Positions 48,526 to 62,056 of a stretch of 64,000 bases of DNA are shown here, piece by piece. Both the position numbers and the translations under genes were made by a program. The notes beneath the pieces were generated by a model that searched no databases, was not told the DNA's origin, and saw only the letters and a program-made list of their open reading frames with translations. Origin of the DNA: Macrostomum lignano (lineage: Eukaryota); contig NIVC01001020.1 in the NCBI GenBank assembly GCA_002269645.1, forward strand, positions 124,001 to 188,000, written 5' to 3'. Numbering within the stretch: the first letter of the stretch is position 1; each line of letters opens with the position of its first letter.

Positions 48526-51500
48526 CAGGGGCGTCGCCACCGAGGGAGGGACAGTGGGACATGCCCCCCCCCCCAGTAAAATGAGTGCCTGCAGCGCAAA
48601 AATGAGTTGGGGCTAAAATGATCGTGCCTGCGGTGCAAAAATGAGTAGGCGCTAAAATGAGTGCCCACGGCGCTAAAATGAGTGCCTGCGGCGCTAAAAT
48701 GAGTGCCTGTGGCGCAAAAATGAGTTGGCGCTAAAATGAGTGCCTGTGGCGCTAAAATGAGTAGGCGCTAAAATGAGTGCCCACGGCGCTAAAATGAGTG
48801 CCCACGGCGCTAAAATGAGTTGGCGCTAAAATGAATGCCTGTGGCGCTAAAATGAGTTGGCGCTAAAATGAGTGCCTGCGGTGCAAAAATGAGTAGGCGC
48901 TAAAATGAGTGCCCACGGCGCTAAAATGAGTGCCTGTGGCGCAAAAATGAGTTGGCGCTAAAATGAATGCCTGTGGCGCTAAAATGAGTAGGCGCTAAAA
49001 TGAGTGCCCACAGCGCTAAAATGAGTGCCCACGGCGCTAAAATGAGTTGGCGCTAAAATGAATGCCTGTGGCGCTAAAATGAGTTGGCGCTAAAATGAGT
49101 GCCTGCGGTGCAAAAATGAGTAGGCGCTAAAATGAGTGCCTGCGGCGCTAAAATGAGTGCCTGTGGCGCTAAAATGAGTAGGCGCTAAAATGAGTGCCCA
49201 CAGCGCTAAAATGAGTGCCCACGGCGCTAAAATGAGTAGGCGCTAAAATGAGTGCCTGTGGCGCTAAAATGAGTAGGCGCTAAAATGAGTGCCCACGGCG
49301 CTAAAATGAGTGCCTGTGGCGCAAAAATGAGTTGGCGCTAAAATGAGTGCCTGTGACGCTAAAATGAGTTGGCGCTAAAATGAGTGCCTGTGGCGCTAAA
49401 ATGAGTAGGCGCTAAAATGAGTGCCCACGGCGCTAAAATGAGTGCCTGTGGCGCAAAAATGAGTTGGCGCTAAAATGAGTGCCTGTGACGCTAAAATGAG
49501 TTGGCGCTAAAATGAGTGCCTGTGGCGCTAAAATGAGTAGGCGCTGAAATGAGTGCCCACGGCGCTAAAATGAGTGCCCACGGCGCTAAAATGATTGCCT
49601 GCGGCGCTAAAATGAGTGCCTGCGGTGCAAAAATGAGTGCCTGCGGCGCTAAAATGAGTGCCTGTGGCGCAAAAATGAGTAGGCGCTAAAATGAGTGCCT
49701 GCGGCGCTAAAATGAGTGCCTGTGGTGCAAAAATGAGTTGGCGCTAAAATGAGTGCCTGTGACGCTAAAATGAGTTGGCGCTAAAATGAGTGCCTGTGGC
49801 GCTAAAATGAGTAGGCGCTAAAATGAGTGCCTGCGGCGCTAAAATGAGTGCCTGTGGTGCAAAAATGAGTGCCCACGGCGCTAAAATGAGTGCCCACGGC
49901 GCTAAAATGAGTGCCTGCGGCGCTAAAATGAGTGCCTGCGGTGCAAAAATGAGTGCCTGCGGCGCTAAAATGAGTGCCTGTGGCGCAAAAATGAGTAGGC
50001 GCTAAAATGAGTGCCTGCGGCGCTAAAATGAGTGCCTGTGGTGCAAAAATGAGTTGGCGCTAAAATGAGTGCCTGTGGCGCTAAAATGAGTAGGCGCTAA
50101 AATGAGTGCCCACGGCGCTAAAATGAGTGCCCACGGCGCTAAAATGAGTTGGCGCTAAAATGAATGCCTGTGGCGCTAAAATGAGTTGGCGCTAAAATGA
50201 GTGCCTGCGGTGCAAAAATGAGTAGGCGCTAAAATGAGTGCCCACGGCGCTAAAATGAGTGCCTGTGGCGCAAAAAATAAGTTGGCGCTAAAATGAATGC
50301 CTGTGGCGCTAAAATGAGTAGGCGCTAAAATGAGTGCCCACAGCGCTAAAATGAGTGCCCACGGCGCTAAAATGAGTTGGCGCTAAAATGAATGCCTGTG
50401 GCGCTAAAATGAGTTGGCGCTAAAATGAGTGCCTGCGGTGCAAAAATGAGTAGGCGCTAAAATGAGTGCCTGCGGCGCTAAAATGAGTGCCTGTGGCGCT
50501 AAAATGAGTAGGCGCTAAAATGAGTGCCCACAGCGCTAAAATGAGTGCCCACGGCGCTAAAATGAGTAGGCGCTAAAATGAGTGCCTGTGGCGCTAAAAT
50601 GAGTAGGCGCTAAAATGAGTGCCCACGGCGCTAAAATAAGTGCCTGTGGCGCAAAAATGAGTTGGCGCTAAAATGAGTGCCTGTGGCGCAAAAATGAGTA
50701 GGCGCTAAAATGAGTGCCTGTGGCGCTAAAATGAGTTGGCGCTAAAATGAGTGCCTGTGGCGCTAAAATGAGTAGGCGCTAAAATGAGTGCCCACGGCGC
50801 TAAAATGAGTGCCCACGGCGCTAAAATGAGTTGGCGCTAAAATGAGTGCCTGTGACGCTAAAATGAGTTGGCGCTAAAATGAGTGCCTGTGGCGCTAAAA
50901 TGAGTAGGCGCTAAAATGAGTGCCCACGGCGCTAAAATGAGTGCCCACGGCGCTAAAATGAGTGCCCACGGCGCTAAAATGAGTGCCTGCGGCGCTAAAA
51001 TGAGTGCCTGCGGTGCAAAAATGAGTGCCTGCGGCGCTAAAATGAGTGCCTGTGGCGCAAAAATGAGTAGGCGCTAAAATGAGTGCCTGCGGCGCTAAAA
51101 TGAGTGCCTGTGGTGCAAAAATGAGTTGGCGCTAAAATGAGTGCCTGTGACGCTAAAATGAGTTGGCGCTAAAATGAGTGCCTGTGGCGCTAAAATGAGT
51201 AGGCGCTAAAATGAGTGCCTGCGGCGCTAAAATGAGTGCCTGTGGTGCAAAAATGAGTGCCCACGGCGCTAAAATGAGTGCCCACGGCGCTAAAATGAGT
51301 GCCTGCGGCGCTAAAATGAGTGCCTGCGGTGCAAAAATGAGTGCCTGCGGCGCTAAAATGAGTAGGCGCTAAAATGAGTGCCTGTGGCGCTAAAATGAGT
51401 GCCTGTGGCGCAAAAATGAGTAGGCGCTAAAATGAGTGCCTGCGGCGCTAAAATGAGTGCCTGTGGTGCAAAAATGAGTTGGCGCTAAAATGAGTGCCTG

Positions 51501-54500
51501 TGACGCTAAAATGAGTTGGCGCTAAAATGAGTGCCTGTGGCGCTAAAATGAGTAGGCGCTAAAATGAGTGCCTGCGGCGCTAAAATGAGTGCCTGTGGTG
51601 CAAAAATGAGTGCCCACGGCGCTAAAATGAGTGCCCACGGCGCTAAAATGAGTGCCTGCGGCGCTAAAATGAGTGCCTGCGGTGCAAAAATGAGTGCCTG
51701 CGGCGCTAAAATGAGTAGGCGCTAAAATGAGTGCCTGTGGCGCTAAAATGAGTGCCTGTGGCGCAAAAATGAGTAGGCGCTAAAATGAGTGCCTGCGGCG
51801 CTAAAATGAGTGCCTGTGGTGCAAAAATGAGTTGGCGCTAAAATGAGTGCCTGTGGCGCAAAAATGAGTAGGCGCTAAAATGAGTGCCTGCGGTGCAAAA
51901 ATGAGTAGGCGCTAAAATGAGTGCCTGCGGCGTTAAAATGAGTGCCCACGGCGCTAAAATGAGTTGGCGCTAAAATGAATGCCTGTGGCGCTAAAATGAG
52001 TTGGCGCTAAAATGAGTGCCTGTGGCGCTAAAATGAGTAGGCGCTAAAATGAGTAGGCGCTAAAATGAGTGCCCACGGCGCTAAAATGAGTTGGCGCTAA
52101 AATGAGTGCCTGTGACGCTAAAATGAGTTGGCGCTAAAATGAGTGCCTGTGGCGCTAAAATGAGTAGGCGCTAAAATGAGTGCCCACGGCGCTAAAATGA
52201 GTGCCCACGGCGCTAAAATGAGTGCCTGCGGCGCTAAAATGAGTGCCTGCGGTGCAAAAATGAGTGCCTGCGGCGCTAAAATGAGTGCCTGTGGCGCAAA
52301 AATGAGTAGGCGCTAAAATGAGTGCCTGCGGCGCTAAAATGAGTGCCTGTGGTGCAAAAATGAGTTGGCGCTAAAATGAGTGCCTGTGACGCTAAAATGA
52401 GTTGGCGCTAAAATGAGTGCCTGTGGCGCTAAAATGAGTAGGCGCTAAAATGAGTGCCTGCGGCGCTAAAATGAGTGCCTGTGGTGCAAAAATGAGTGCC
52501 CACGGCGCTAAAATGAGTGCCCACGGCGCTAAAATGAGTGCCTGCGGCGCTAAAATGAGTGCCTGCGGTGCAAAAATGAGTGCCTGCGGCGCTAAAATGA
52601 GTAGGCGCTAAAATGAGTGCCTGTGGCGCTAAAATGAGTGCCTGTGGCGCAAAAATGAGTAGGCGCTAAAATGAGTGCCTGCGGCGCTAAAATGAGTGCC
52701 TGTGGTGCAAAAATGAGTTGGCGCTAAAATGAGTGCCTGTGACGCTAAAATGAGTTGGCGCTAAAATGAGTGCCTGTGGCGCTAAAATGAGTAGGCGCTA
52801 AAATGAGTGCCTGCGGCGCTAAAATGAGTGCCTGTGGTGCAAAAATGAGTGCCCACGGCGCTAAAATGAGTGCCCACGGCGCTAAAATGAGTGCCTGCGG
52901 CGCTAAAATGAGTGCCTGCGGTGCAAAAATGAGTGCCTGCGGCGCTAAAATGAGTAGGCGCTAAAATGAGTGCCTGTGGCGCTAAAATGAGTGCCTGTGG
53001 CGCAAAAATGAGTAGGCGCTAAAATGAGTGCCTGCGGCGCTAAAATGAGTGCCTGTGGTGCAAAAATGAGTTGGCGCTAAAATGAGTGCCTGTGGCGCAA
53101 AAATGAGTAGGCGCTAAAATGAGTGCCTGCGGTGCAAAAATGAGTAGGCGCTAAAATGAGTGCCTGCGGCGTTAAAATGAGTGCCCACGGCGCTAAAATG
53201 AGTTGGCGCTAAAATGAATGCCTGTGGCGCTAAAATGAGTTGGCGCTAAAATGAGTGCCTGCGGCGTTAAAATGAGTGCCTGCGGTGCAAAAATGAGTGC
53301 CTGCGGTGCAAAAATGAGTGCCTGTGGTGCAAAAATGAGTGCCCACGGCGCTAAAATGAGTGCCTGCGGTGCAAAAATGAGTGCCTGCGGTGCAAAAATG
53401 AGTGCCTGCGGTGCAAAAATGAGTGCCTGCGGTGCAAAAATGAGTGCCTGTGGTGCAAAAATGAGTGCCCACGGCGCTAAAATGAGTGCCTGCGGTGCAA
53501 AAATGAGTGCCTGTGGTGCAAAAATGAGTGCCCACGGCGCTAAAATGAGTGCCCACGGCGCTAAAATGAGTGCCTGCGGCGCTAAAATGAGTGCCTGCGG
53601 TGCAAAAATGAGTGCCTGCGGCGCTAAAATGAGTGCCTGTGGCGCAAAAATGAGTAGGCGCTAAAATGAGTGCCTGCGGCGCTAAAATGAGTGCCTGTGG
53701 TGCAAAAATGAGTTGGCGCTAAAATGAGTGCCTGTGGCGCAAAAATGAGTAGGCGCTAAAATGAGTGCCTGTGGTGCAAAAATGAGTAGGCGCTAAAATG
53801 AGTGCCTGCGGTGCAAAAATGAGTAGGCGCTAAAATGAGTGCCTGTGGCGCTAAAATGAGTAGGCGCTAAAATGAGTGCCTGCGGTGCTAAAATGAGTTG
53901 GCGCTAAAATGAGTGCCTGCGGCGCAAAAATGAGTAGGCGCTAAAATGAGTGCCTGCGGCGCAAAAATGAGTAGGCGCTAAAATGAGTGCCTGTGGCGCA
54001 AAAATGAGTAGGCGCTAAAATGAGTGCCTGTGGCGCTAAAATGAGTAGGCGCTAAAATGAGTAGGTGCAAAAATGAGTGCCTGTGGTGCAAAAATGAGTT
54101 GGCGCTAAAATGAGTGCCTGCGGTGCTAAAATGAGTAGGCGCTAAAATGAGTTGGCGCTAAAATGAGTGCCTGTGGCGCAAAAATGAGTAGGCGCTAAAA
54201 TGAGTGCCTGTGGCGCTAAAATGAGTTGGCGCTAAAATGAGTGCCTGTGGCGCTAAAATGAGTAGGCGCTAAAATGAGTGCCCACGGCGCTAAAATGAGT
54301 GCCCACGGCGCTAAAATGAGTTGGCGCTAAAATGAGTGCCTGTGACGCTAAAATGAGTTGGCGCTAAAATGAGTGCCTGTGGCGCTAAAATGAGTAGGCG
54401 CTAAAATGAGTGCCCACGGCGCTAAAATGAGTGCCCACGGCGCTAAAATGAGTGCCTGCGGCGCTAAAATGAGTGCCTGCGGTGCAAAAATGAGTGCCTG

Positions 54501-57266
54501 CGGCGCTAAAATGAGTGCCTGTGGCGCAAAAATGAGTAGGCGCTAAAATGAGTGCCTGCGGCGCTAAAATGAGTGCCTGTGGTGCAAAAATGAGTTGGCG
54601 CTAAAATGAGTGCCTGTGACGCTAAAATGAGTTGGCGCTAAAATGAGTGCCTGTGGCGCTAAAATGAGTAGGCGCTAAAATGAGTGCCTGCGGCGCTAAA
54701 ATGAGTGCCTGTGGTGCAAAAATGAGTGCCCACGGCGCTAAAATGAGTGCCCACGGCGCTAAAATGAGTGCCTGCGGCGCTAAAATGAGTGCCTGCGGTG
54801 CAAAAATGAGTGCCTGCGGCGCTAAAATGAGTGCCTGTGGCGCAAAAATGAGTAGGCGCTAAAATGAGTGCCTGCGGCGCTAAAATGAGTGCCTGTGGTG
54901 CAAAAATGAGTTGGCGCTAAAATGAGTGCCTGTGGCGCAAAAATGAGTAGGCGCTAAAATGAGTGCCTGCGGTGCAAAAATGAGTAGGCGCTAAAATGAG
55001 TGCCTGCGGCGTTAAAATGAGTGCCCACGGCGCTAAAATGAGTTGGCGCTAAAATGAATGCCTGTGGCGCTAAAATGAGTTGGCGCTAAAATGAGTGCCT
55101 GCGGCGTTAAAATGAGTGCCTGCGGTGCAAAAATGAGTGCCTGCGGTGCAAAAATGAGTGCCTGCGGTGCAAAAATGAGTTCCTGTGGTGCAAAAATGAG
55201 TGCCCACGGCGCTAAAATGAGTGCCTGCGGTGCAAAAATGAGTGCCTGTGGCGCAAAAATGAGTAGGCGCTAAAATGAGTGCCTGTGGCGCTAAAATGAG
55301 TTGGCGCTAAAATGAGTGCCTGTGGCGCTAAAATGAGTAGGCGCTAAAATGAGTGCCCACGGCGCTAAAATGAGTGCCCACGGCGCTAAAATGAGTTGGC
55401 GCTAAAATGAGTGCCTGTGACGCTAAAATGAGTTGGCGCTAAAATGAGTGCCTGTGGCGCTAAAATGAGTAGGCGCTAAAATGAGTGCCCACGGCGCTAA
55501 AATGAGTGCCCACGGCGCTAAAATGAGTGCCTGCGGCGCTAAAATGAGTGCCTGCGGTGCAAAAATGAGTGCCTGCGGCGCTAAAATGAGTGCCTGTGGC
55601 GCAAAAATGAGTAGGCGCTAAAATGAGTGCCTGCGGCGCTAAAATGAGTGCCTGTGGTGCAAAAATGAGTTGGCGCTAAAATGAGTGCCTGTGACGCTAA
55701 AATGAGTTGGCGCTAAAATGAGTGCCTGTGGCGCTAAAATGAGTAGGCGCTAAAATGAGTGCCTGCGGCGCTAAAATGAGTGCCTGTGGTGCAAAAATGA
55801 GTGCCCACGGCGCTAAAATGAGTGCCCACGGCGCTAAAATGAGTGCCTGCGGCGCTAAAATGAGTGCCTGCGGTGCAAAAATGAGTGCCTGCGGCGCTAA
55901 AATGAGTGCCTGTGGCGCAAAAATGAGTAGGCGCTAAAATGAGTGCCTGCGGCGCTAAAATGAGTGCCTGTGGTGCAAAAATGAGTTGGCGCTAAAATGA
56001 GTGCCTGTGGCGCAAAAATGAGTAGGCGCTAAAATGAGTGCCTGCGGTGCAAAAATGAGTAGGCGCTAAAATGAGTGCCTGCGGCGTTAAAATGAGTGCC
56101 CACGGCGCTAAAATGAGTTGGCGCTAAAATGAATGCCTGTGGCGCTAAAATGAGTTGGCGCTAAAATGAGTGCCTGCGGCGTTAAAATGAGTGCCTGCGG
56201 TGCAAAAATGAGTGCCTGCGGTGCAAAAATGAGTGCCTGCGGTGCAAAAATGAGTTCCTGTGGTGCAAAAATGAGTGCCCACGGCGCTAAAATGAGTGCC
56301 TGCGGTGCAAAAATGAGTGCCTGTGGTGCAAAAATGAGTGCCCACGGCGCTAAAATGAGTGCCCACGGCGCTAAAATGAGTGCCTGCGGCGCTAAAATGA
56401 GTGCCTGCGGTGCAAAAATGAGTGCCTGCGGCGCTAAAATGAGTGCCTGTGGCGCAAAAATGAGTAGGCGCTAAAATGAGTGCCTGCGGCGCTAAAATGA
56501 GTGCCTGTGGTGCAAAAATGAGTTGGCGCTAAAATGAGTGCCTGTGGCGCAAAAATGAGTAGGCGCTAAAATGAGTGCCTGTGGTGCAAAAATGAGTAGG
56601 CGCTAAAATGAGTGCCTGCGGTGCAAAAATGAGTAGGCGCTAAAATGAGTGCCTGCGGTGCAAAAATGAGTAGGCGCTAAAATGAGTGCCTGTGGCGCTA
56701 AAATGAGTAGGCGCTAAAATGAGTGCCTGCGGTGCTAAAATGAGTTGGCGCTAAAATGAGTGCCTGCGGCGCAAAAATGAGTAGGCGCTAAAATGAGTGC
56801 CTGCGGCGCAAAAATGAGTAGGCGCTAAAATGAGTGCCTGTGGCGCAAAAATGAGTAGGCGCTAAAATGAGTGCCTGTGGCGCTAAAATGAGTAGGCGCT
56901 AAAATGAGTGCCTGCGGTGCAAAAATGAGTGCCTGTGGTGCAAAAATGAGTTGGCGCTAAAATGAGTGCCTGCGGTGCTAAAATGAGTAGGCGCTAAAAT
57001 GAGTGCCCACGGCGCTAAAATGAGTGCCCACGGCGCTAAAATGAGTGCCTGTGGCGCTAAAATCAGTTGGCGCTAAAATGAGTGCCTGTGGCGCTAAAAT
57101 GAGTAGGCGCTAAAATGAGTGCCTGCGGTGCAAAAATGAGTTGGCGCTAAAATGAGTGCCTGCGGCGCCAAATGAGCGCTGACAACACCGATTCAAAAAC
57201 TAATGTACATGCACATGTAGAATTCTTGGCTTTGTCTCCACCATAAAATTCATGGCGACGCCCCTG
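48526..57266. mobile_element. Non-autonomous hAT-type element (14-bp TIRs, 8-bp TSD) carrying an ~8.6-kb internal satellite
   Basis: CAGGGGCGTCGCCA at 48526-48539 and its exact reverse complement TGGCGACGCCCCTG at 57253-57266. Flanks CATGTATC (48518-48525) and CATGTACC (57267-57274) match at 7/8 positions. Confidence 0.85.
48585..57175. repeat. Satellite array of interleaved 21-bp (GGCGCTAAAATGAGTGCCTGT) and 16-bp (GGCGCTAAAATGAGT[A/T]) monomers with higher-order blocks
   Basis: Direct reading. The rare variant GAGTTCCTG recurs at 55181 and 56256 (1075-bp period); ORFs at 54680/55755 and 55091/56166 show the same offset. Confidence 0.97.
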
Positions 57267-58990
57267 CATGTACCCAATTCTCATGCACATAATTTAGAAC
57301 GACATCCCCTTGATGTACTTGTAGAAGTAAACGAACCCAGTTCTGCAATCTCAAATCATCTGCAGTTAATCCTAACTACATGTAAATTGTACGCCTTTGT
57401 TTTTATGTCTTGTTTTCCATTCTACAGACATGTAGAGCTAGCTTCCTAATTGAATGTGTTTTCTGGGTCCATTATCGTATACGAGAAGTACGTGTTTACA
57501 AAAGTACAAGTAAGCATGTCGTATACACGAGTGCTAGCCTAAGTGTCAAATATATGTACTTGGTAGTTGATCATCGACGCGGTCGGAAAAATGGCTCATT
57601 GCTCCTAATGTACTTTTAACTGCATGGATTAACCACAGATATTCGGGAGGCAAAATGCAGTTAAAGAGCACAAAACGGTTTTGATACACTACCCAACTTG
57701 TGCATGTATTTTCCAGGTCCATTTATATGGAACTTATACATTTTGTACATATGCGCATGCGCTGCATCGCATCCCCACCAAAAGTTTATTTATAAAGCAT
57801 ATTTTTAATGTTCAATAATGCGTATCATCTGCTGATAAATGCTCAAAAAAGTTAATATACGAGTCGTCATTTCTTTTACGAAAAGCTTTTGGTCACCAAA
57901 TTTCTCTCTTGAGTGTTGCCTCTTTGTTGCCTCTTCATGATGTATCTACATGTCAAACGTACATATGTACATGTACATGTAGAAACAGCACATTTATAAA
58001 TATTAATATGAACTCTTTGGACGTACAAAGTGCTTTTTGAGTCCGAAAAATACCAAGTCAACGGCAATCGGCCTTCCGTGCGACCAGTGCCGTGCCTTGC
58101 ATGTGCAGCTGTGAGACGACGAGGCTGCAGACTGCCATCAAATGAGGGGAGGGACCAAATCACATATAAAATGTACAAATGAATCGAATTTGATGTTTAA
58201 GTTGAGTGATCACGTAAAATTTGGTCCTATTGATTGCAGTTTGAACGAGCCACCAATTGTGATCAATCGTATAAGTCTCGATCAAGGCTAGACAGCCGCT
58301 TCAAACGTAGCGCCGCCTTCAATTCCCTGAAACTTTAGCCGGAATTTGCTGCTATTTATTACTAGAGATAAATAGTTCTTGATAGAGATAGATATGATAG
58401 AAATTTCCTTTCTTTAGGCCTAAAAAATGCAATTCCGCCGAAGGATTGTAAAATCTGTGGGGATGTGCGGTGTACCTTGTCCTTAAGGTTAACGTGATTT
58501 ACGAGAAAAAATTGTGAAATTCATGTCACCGCAAGCCACCGCATGCATGTGGCCTCTTATTTTGTATTTTCCTTTTTATAATATATGACTATTTAGACAG
58601 GTACAGCGCTGACAATAATGAAAGGTTGAATCAAACAAGGTGTTCTGACTTCTGAGTAGGCCTAGCTTTGAATTTGTTGGAACGATAGGCCTATCAAATT
58701 TAATCCGAGTTTTTTGTTTTATACATTTTGGGCCCCTCTGGCTTTATGGCTTTATATTAGGCCCTATTATACTTATATCTGTGTAACGTCGTCGCTTCTG
58801 TATTGAAAATGCTTAATTTCGTATTTAAGGTTATTTTCGCAATTAATATTTAAAACTATATTTATTTTGGTCTAATTTCTATAACTATTTTAAGTTACTT
58901 TCCCATTTAGTTTAATTTTGTTTATCTAATTTTCAATTAGTGCGGTTATTCAAATTTTGATTCTTGATAGTTTTTGTCATTTGTGTGATT

Positions 58991-59202
58991 GCGCGCGCGC
59001 GCGTGTGTGGTCTTAGCGCCCGTAGGCTTAGTGGCATTAGCATTATTTTGACGTCTCAGATGACCCTTTGGTAAATAGTTGGCATTGCCATACTGTTCTG
59101 ACCTATCCGCCATTATTCAGACTAGCAATTGAGCGGTTAAATTAATAATACGTATATTGGCCTATGACAAGATTAGCACTAAGACTCAGCACGCGCACGC
59201 GC
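58991..59202. mobile_element. Small degenerate MITE-like element with ~27-bp imperfect TIRs
   Basis: GCGCGCGCGCGCGTGTGTGGTCTTAGCGC pairs imperfectly with GCACTAAGACTCAGCACGCGCACGCGC; ATT flanks both sides. Confidence 0.35.
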
Positions 59203-60729
59203 ATTAGTCCCATGTTCTCGAACTAAATAAACTCGTCACATCTGGTATTCTGTTATATTGCATTTTTGAACTACAATTTTAGACCCTGTCTGTGTTGCAT
59301 ATCCACTGTGATCCACAGGTTTTCTAGGCCTATACTTATATCAATAGAGGGGATTGAAATATCTTAGACTTAGCGAATCCAAAGATTGAAAGTTTCAATT
59401 TCTTGTTGATACAATTTTGTTTTATAAAGCCATCTAACCTAATTTTAAAATGCTTTTAACAATAATAGTACAATAGAATAAAATATTTTACAAACAATGA
59501 ACTAATATTGAGCTCTAAATTAGTGTAATAGCTATATACATGCTGGCATAATAGACATGCTTTTTAATGTGACAAATGACAATATCAGCTCAAGAAAATC
59601 ATACTTGATTGTAATATAACCTAGGAAACTATAGTTTACAAAGCTATAGCCCAATGTATTGATACTAAGGTAGAAAGAGATCAGACATTACTTTCCCAAG
59701 GGCACCTATCCTAGAAGATAAAGAATTAGTAGCTTGGTTTGTGGTCCAATAACAAGGTCCCACTGTTCTAGAGTTTTGAAAGTAGGAACTACCTAAAGTA
59801 GTTCTACAAATTATTATACCTTTCTTTATGACCTACTAATAGCTTTTTTATATCCCTGCAACCCTATACTATAATAGCTTTCTACTCATTAAGCTACATG
59901 CTTTAGTTTAAAGATTAAAAAAATCAAAATAAGATAACTAGGTTATGATTTTCACCTAACAAGTATCTTCATTGTAAGAGTTCAAATGTTCAATGCATGA
60001 TTTGGCAGTTGCACAAATAAGTATCAAAGCCACAGTGGGCGAAGCGATGCTATTTATTTAATATTTAGTCAACTATTGCATTGTGTGGGGTGGTGGTAGT
60101 AAATGTATACTTGCTTACTACGAGTACAGATAAGTCAAGTGGGCAAGAGTAAGAGAGAAAGAGAAAGCTGGCTAACATACGGGGCCAGAAAAATGGGGTG
60201 GGCACTCTATAGCAAATCAATGGCTCACATTAGCTATAGATACTACTACTTGAGAATAAATAATTGAGTTATTGCAAATTGGGATATTGATCCTGATGGT
60301 TAATCTCAAGATTTTAAAATCCATTTTAAAATCCTAAGACAAGTATGATCCCAGGATTTTGGCCTAATCAAAATCTTAAGATTTAGAATCCTAGGATTTA
60401 AGTCTAATCCTGGGATTTTGGGATCCTAGGATTGTAATACCCAGTGCAACCCCTTGATTTACACTAGTTGTGCAACTTACCTGTAAAAAACCCTTGAAAT
60501 CAAAATTTAATTCAATTTTGGATAAATGAAAAGAGTATATATGATTGTTTTATAAAGGCTAAATGTCGTATCATCTAATTAATATAGTCATATTTTTGGG
60601 TAGGCATTGCAAGTAACCTTGGCTCTGCCCCTTATCAGCCAGCTAGATTACCTAGGTCAGTCAAGGGTTAATGCATGTATATTACTAATTCCATTAACTC
60701 ATTTTCCTCTGTAGTGATCCGCTAGTTGA

Positions 60730-61432
60730 TGTTAGGCGTCCCACTTTGTCAGCAGTCTCCCTCGCCCTTGCCCTGGGTTGCTGTCTGCCACTGGTCAGCT
60801 TCCTGCCCCCCTTGGCCCATCTGTTGCTGCCCTTGGCCTGTTCTGCCCTTCTGTGTCTCTGTTCTCAGCCCTTAGCTTCTCTGCTGTGGGCTGTCTCTGT
60901 TTCGTTCCTGGCCCATTTTCCTCTGTCATGTGAGCAAGTCACATGACAGACTCTGCGTTCTTCGAGTCCTAAAGTGCAGTAAACATGTTTACTGCACTCG
61001 TTGGCCCTGTTTACCGGGAGAATCACGTGCTTTCGGAACCCTCCCTTCTCTAAGGAGAGGAGTGACTCATGTTGCTAAAAATAGCAACTGAGTCACAGCC
61101 ACATGTACTCTGACCGGAGACCTCAAGTGACGTCAGTTCTAAAAATAGAATGAGTCACAAGGTCTTGCACGCACTGAGACCCTGCCCCGAGACCTCAAGT
61201 GACGTCAGTTCTAAAAATAGAACAAGTCACGAGGTCTTGTGCGTGGGTGTTTCCCAGCTATAAATAGGACCCCTCTCCCCTTGTTTCCGTCAAGGAATGG
61301 CTTCTTATCTGCGGAGAATTCACTAAGATCCCGTGTGCGTCAGTGTCTAACTAAGTGCCCTTTGCGTACTGAATCCGTTTGTACTGGTCTGACTGAGACC
61401 CCACTAAAGCCTAAGCCTAAGGGAGGCTAACA
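60730..61432 (+). promoter_or_regulatory. LTR-like enhancer/promoter cassette (TGTTAG...CTAACA ends; AP-1, CRE, E-box, 72-bp-period direct repeat, TATA)
   Basis: TGACTCA/TGAGTCA at 61063, 61089 and 61151; TGACGTCA at 61128 and 61200; CACGTG at 61024; repeat GAGACCTCAAGTGACGTCAGTTCTAAAAATAGAA at 61117 and 61189; TATAAATA at 61259. No TSD found. Confidence 0.55.
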
Positions 61433-62056
61433 CTGCCTTCCCAGTCACCCCTGAGCCCGGCGGGGATCTGCTGATCAGGACGCCTTGTTCATTAATCTGC
61501 AAAGCTGCACGCTGTGCTGAGTTTGTTGACTTGTTTATTTCGTTCCGACGGGAAGCTCACCTCATTGAAGGCCGAGACCTGAAGGAACTGGTGGCAGCAC
61601 TACCTACGCTACTAAGAGCTAAGAAGGCTTCCGAGTGAGAAGACGGAGAGCCCAAATCACTGCGCTGTGCAGCAGAAAACCACAAGTACTTCACCTCTAA
61701 TTTTGTTAAACCATAATCTGGCCTTTTAAAAGTTGTTTTCTAATTAGGAGCAATAAAGCTAACCTATTGAAGAAGTAAAAACAATGAGAATTTTGTTCCT
61801 TTTTCTAGTAGGCCCTATTTATAGGCCTATCTAATATTTTTTATTCAAAGAAATAAAAATTATCAAATAGAAAAAGAGTAAAAATAGCTTTTAAAAATCT
61901 TATTGGACTCCTTATTTGGATGCAATTTAGCATTTTAAGTGCTAGTGAAAAAACCTAGTAGATGATTTATTTCTCTGATATGATTGATAAAGTTTGTCAA
62001 GATGGCCTAAATAAAAATAATGCATAGCTAAATTCTATTTTGCTTTATAGCCAATC

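Noticed and set aside
49823-56474. MSACGAK-repeat ORFs and a CRISPR-like appearance
   Set aside because: The 21-bp satellite monomer is divisible by 3. There are no unique spacers, no cas genes, and the context is eukaryotic, so it is not a CRISPR array.
60285-60455. Cluster of AATCCTAGGATT-like palindromes ending in TGCAACCC
   Set aside because: Resembles an old hAT MITE end, but the partner TIR and TSD were not found.
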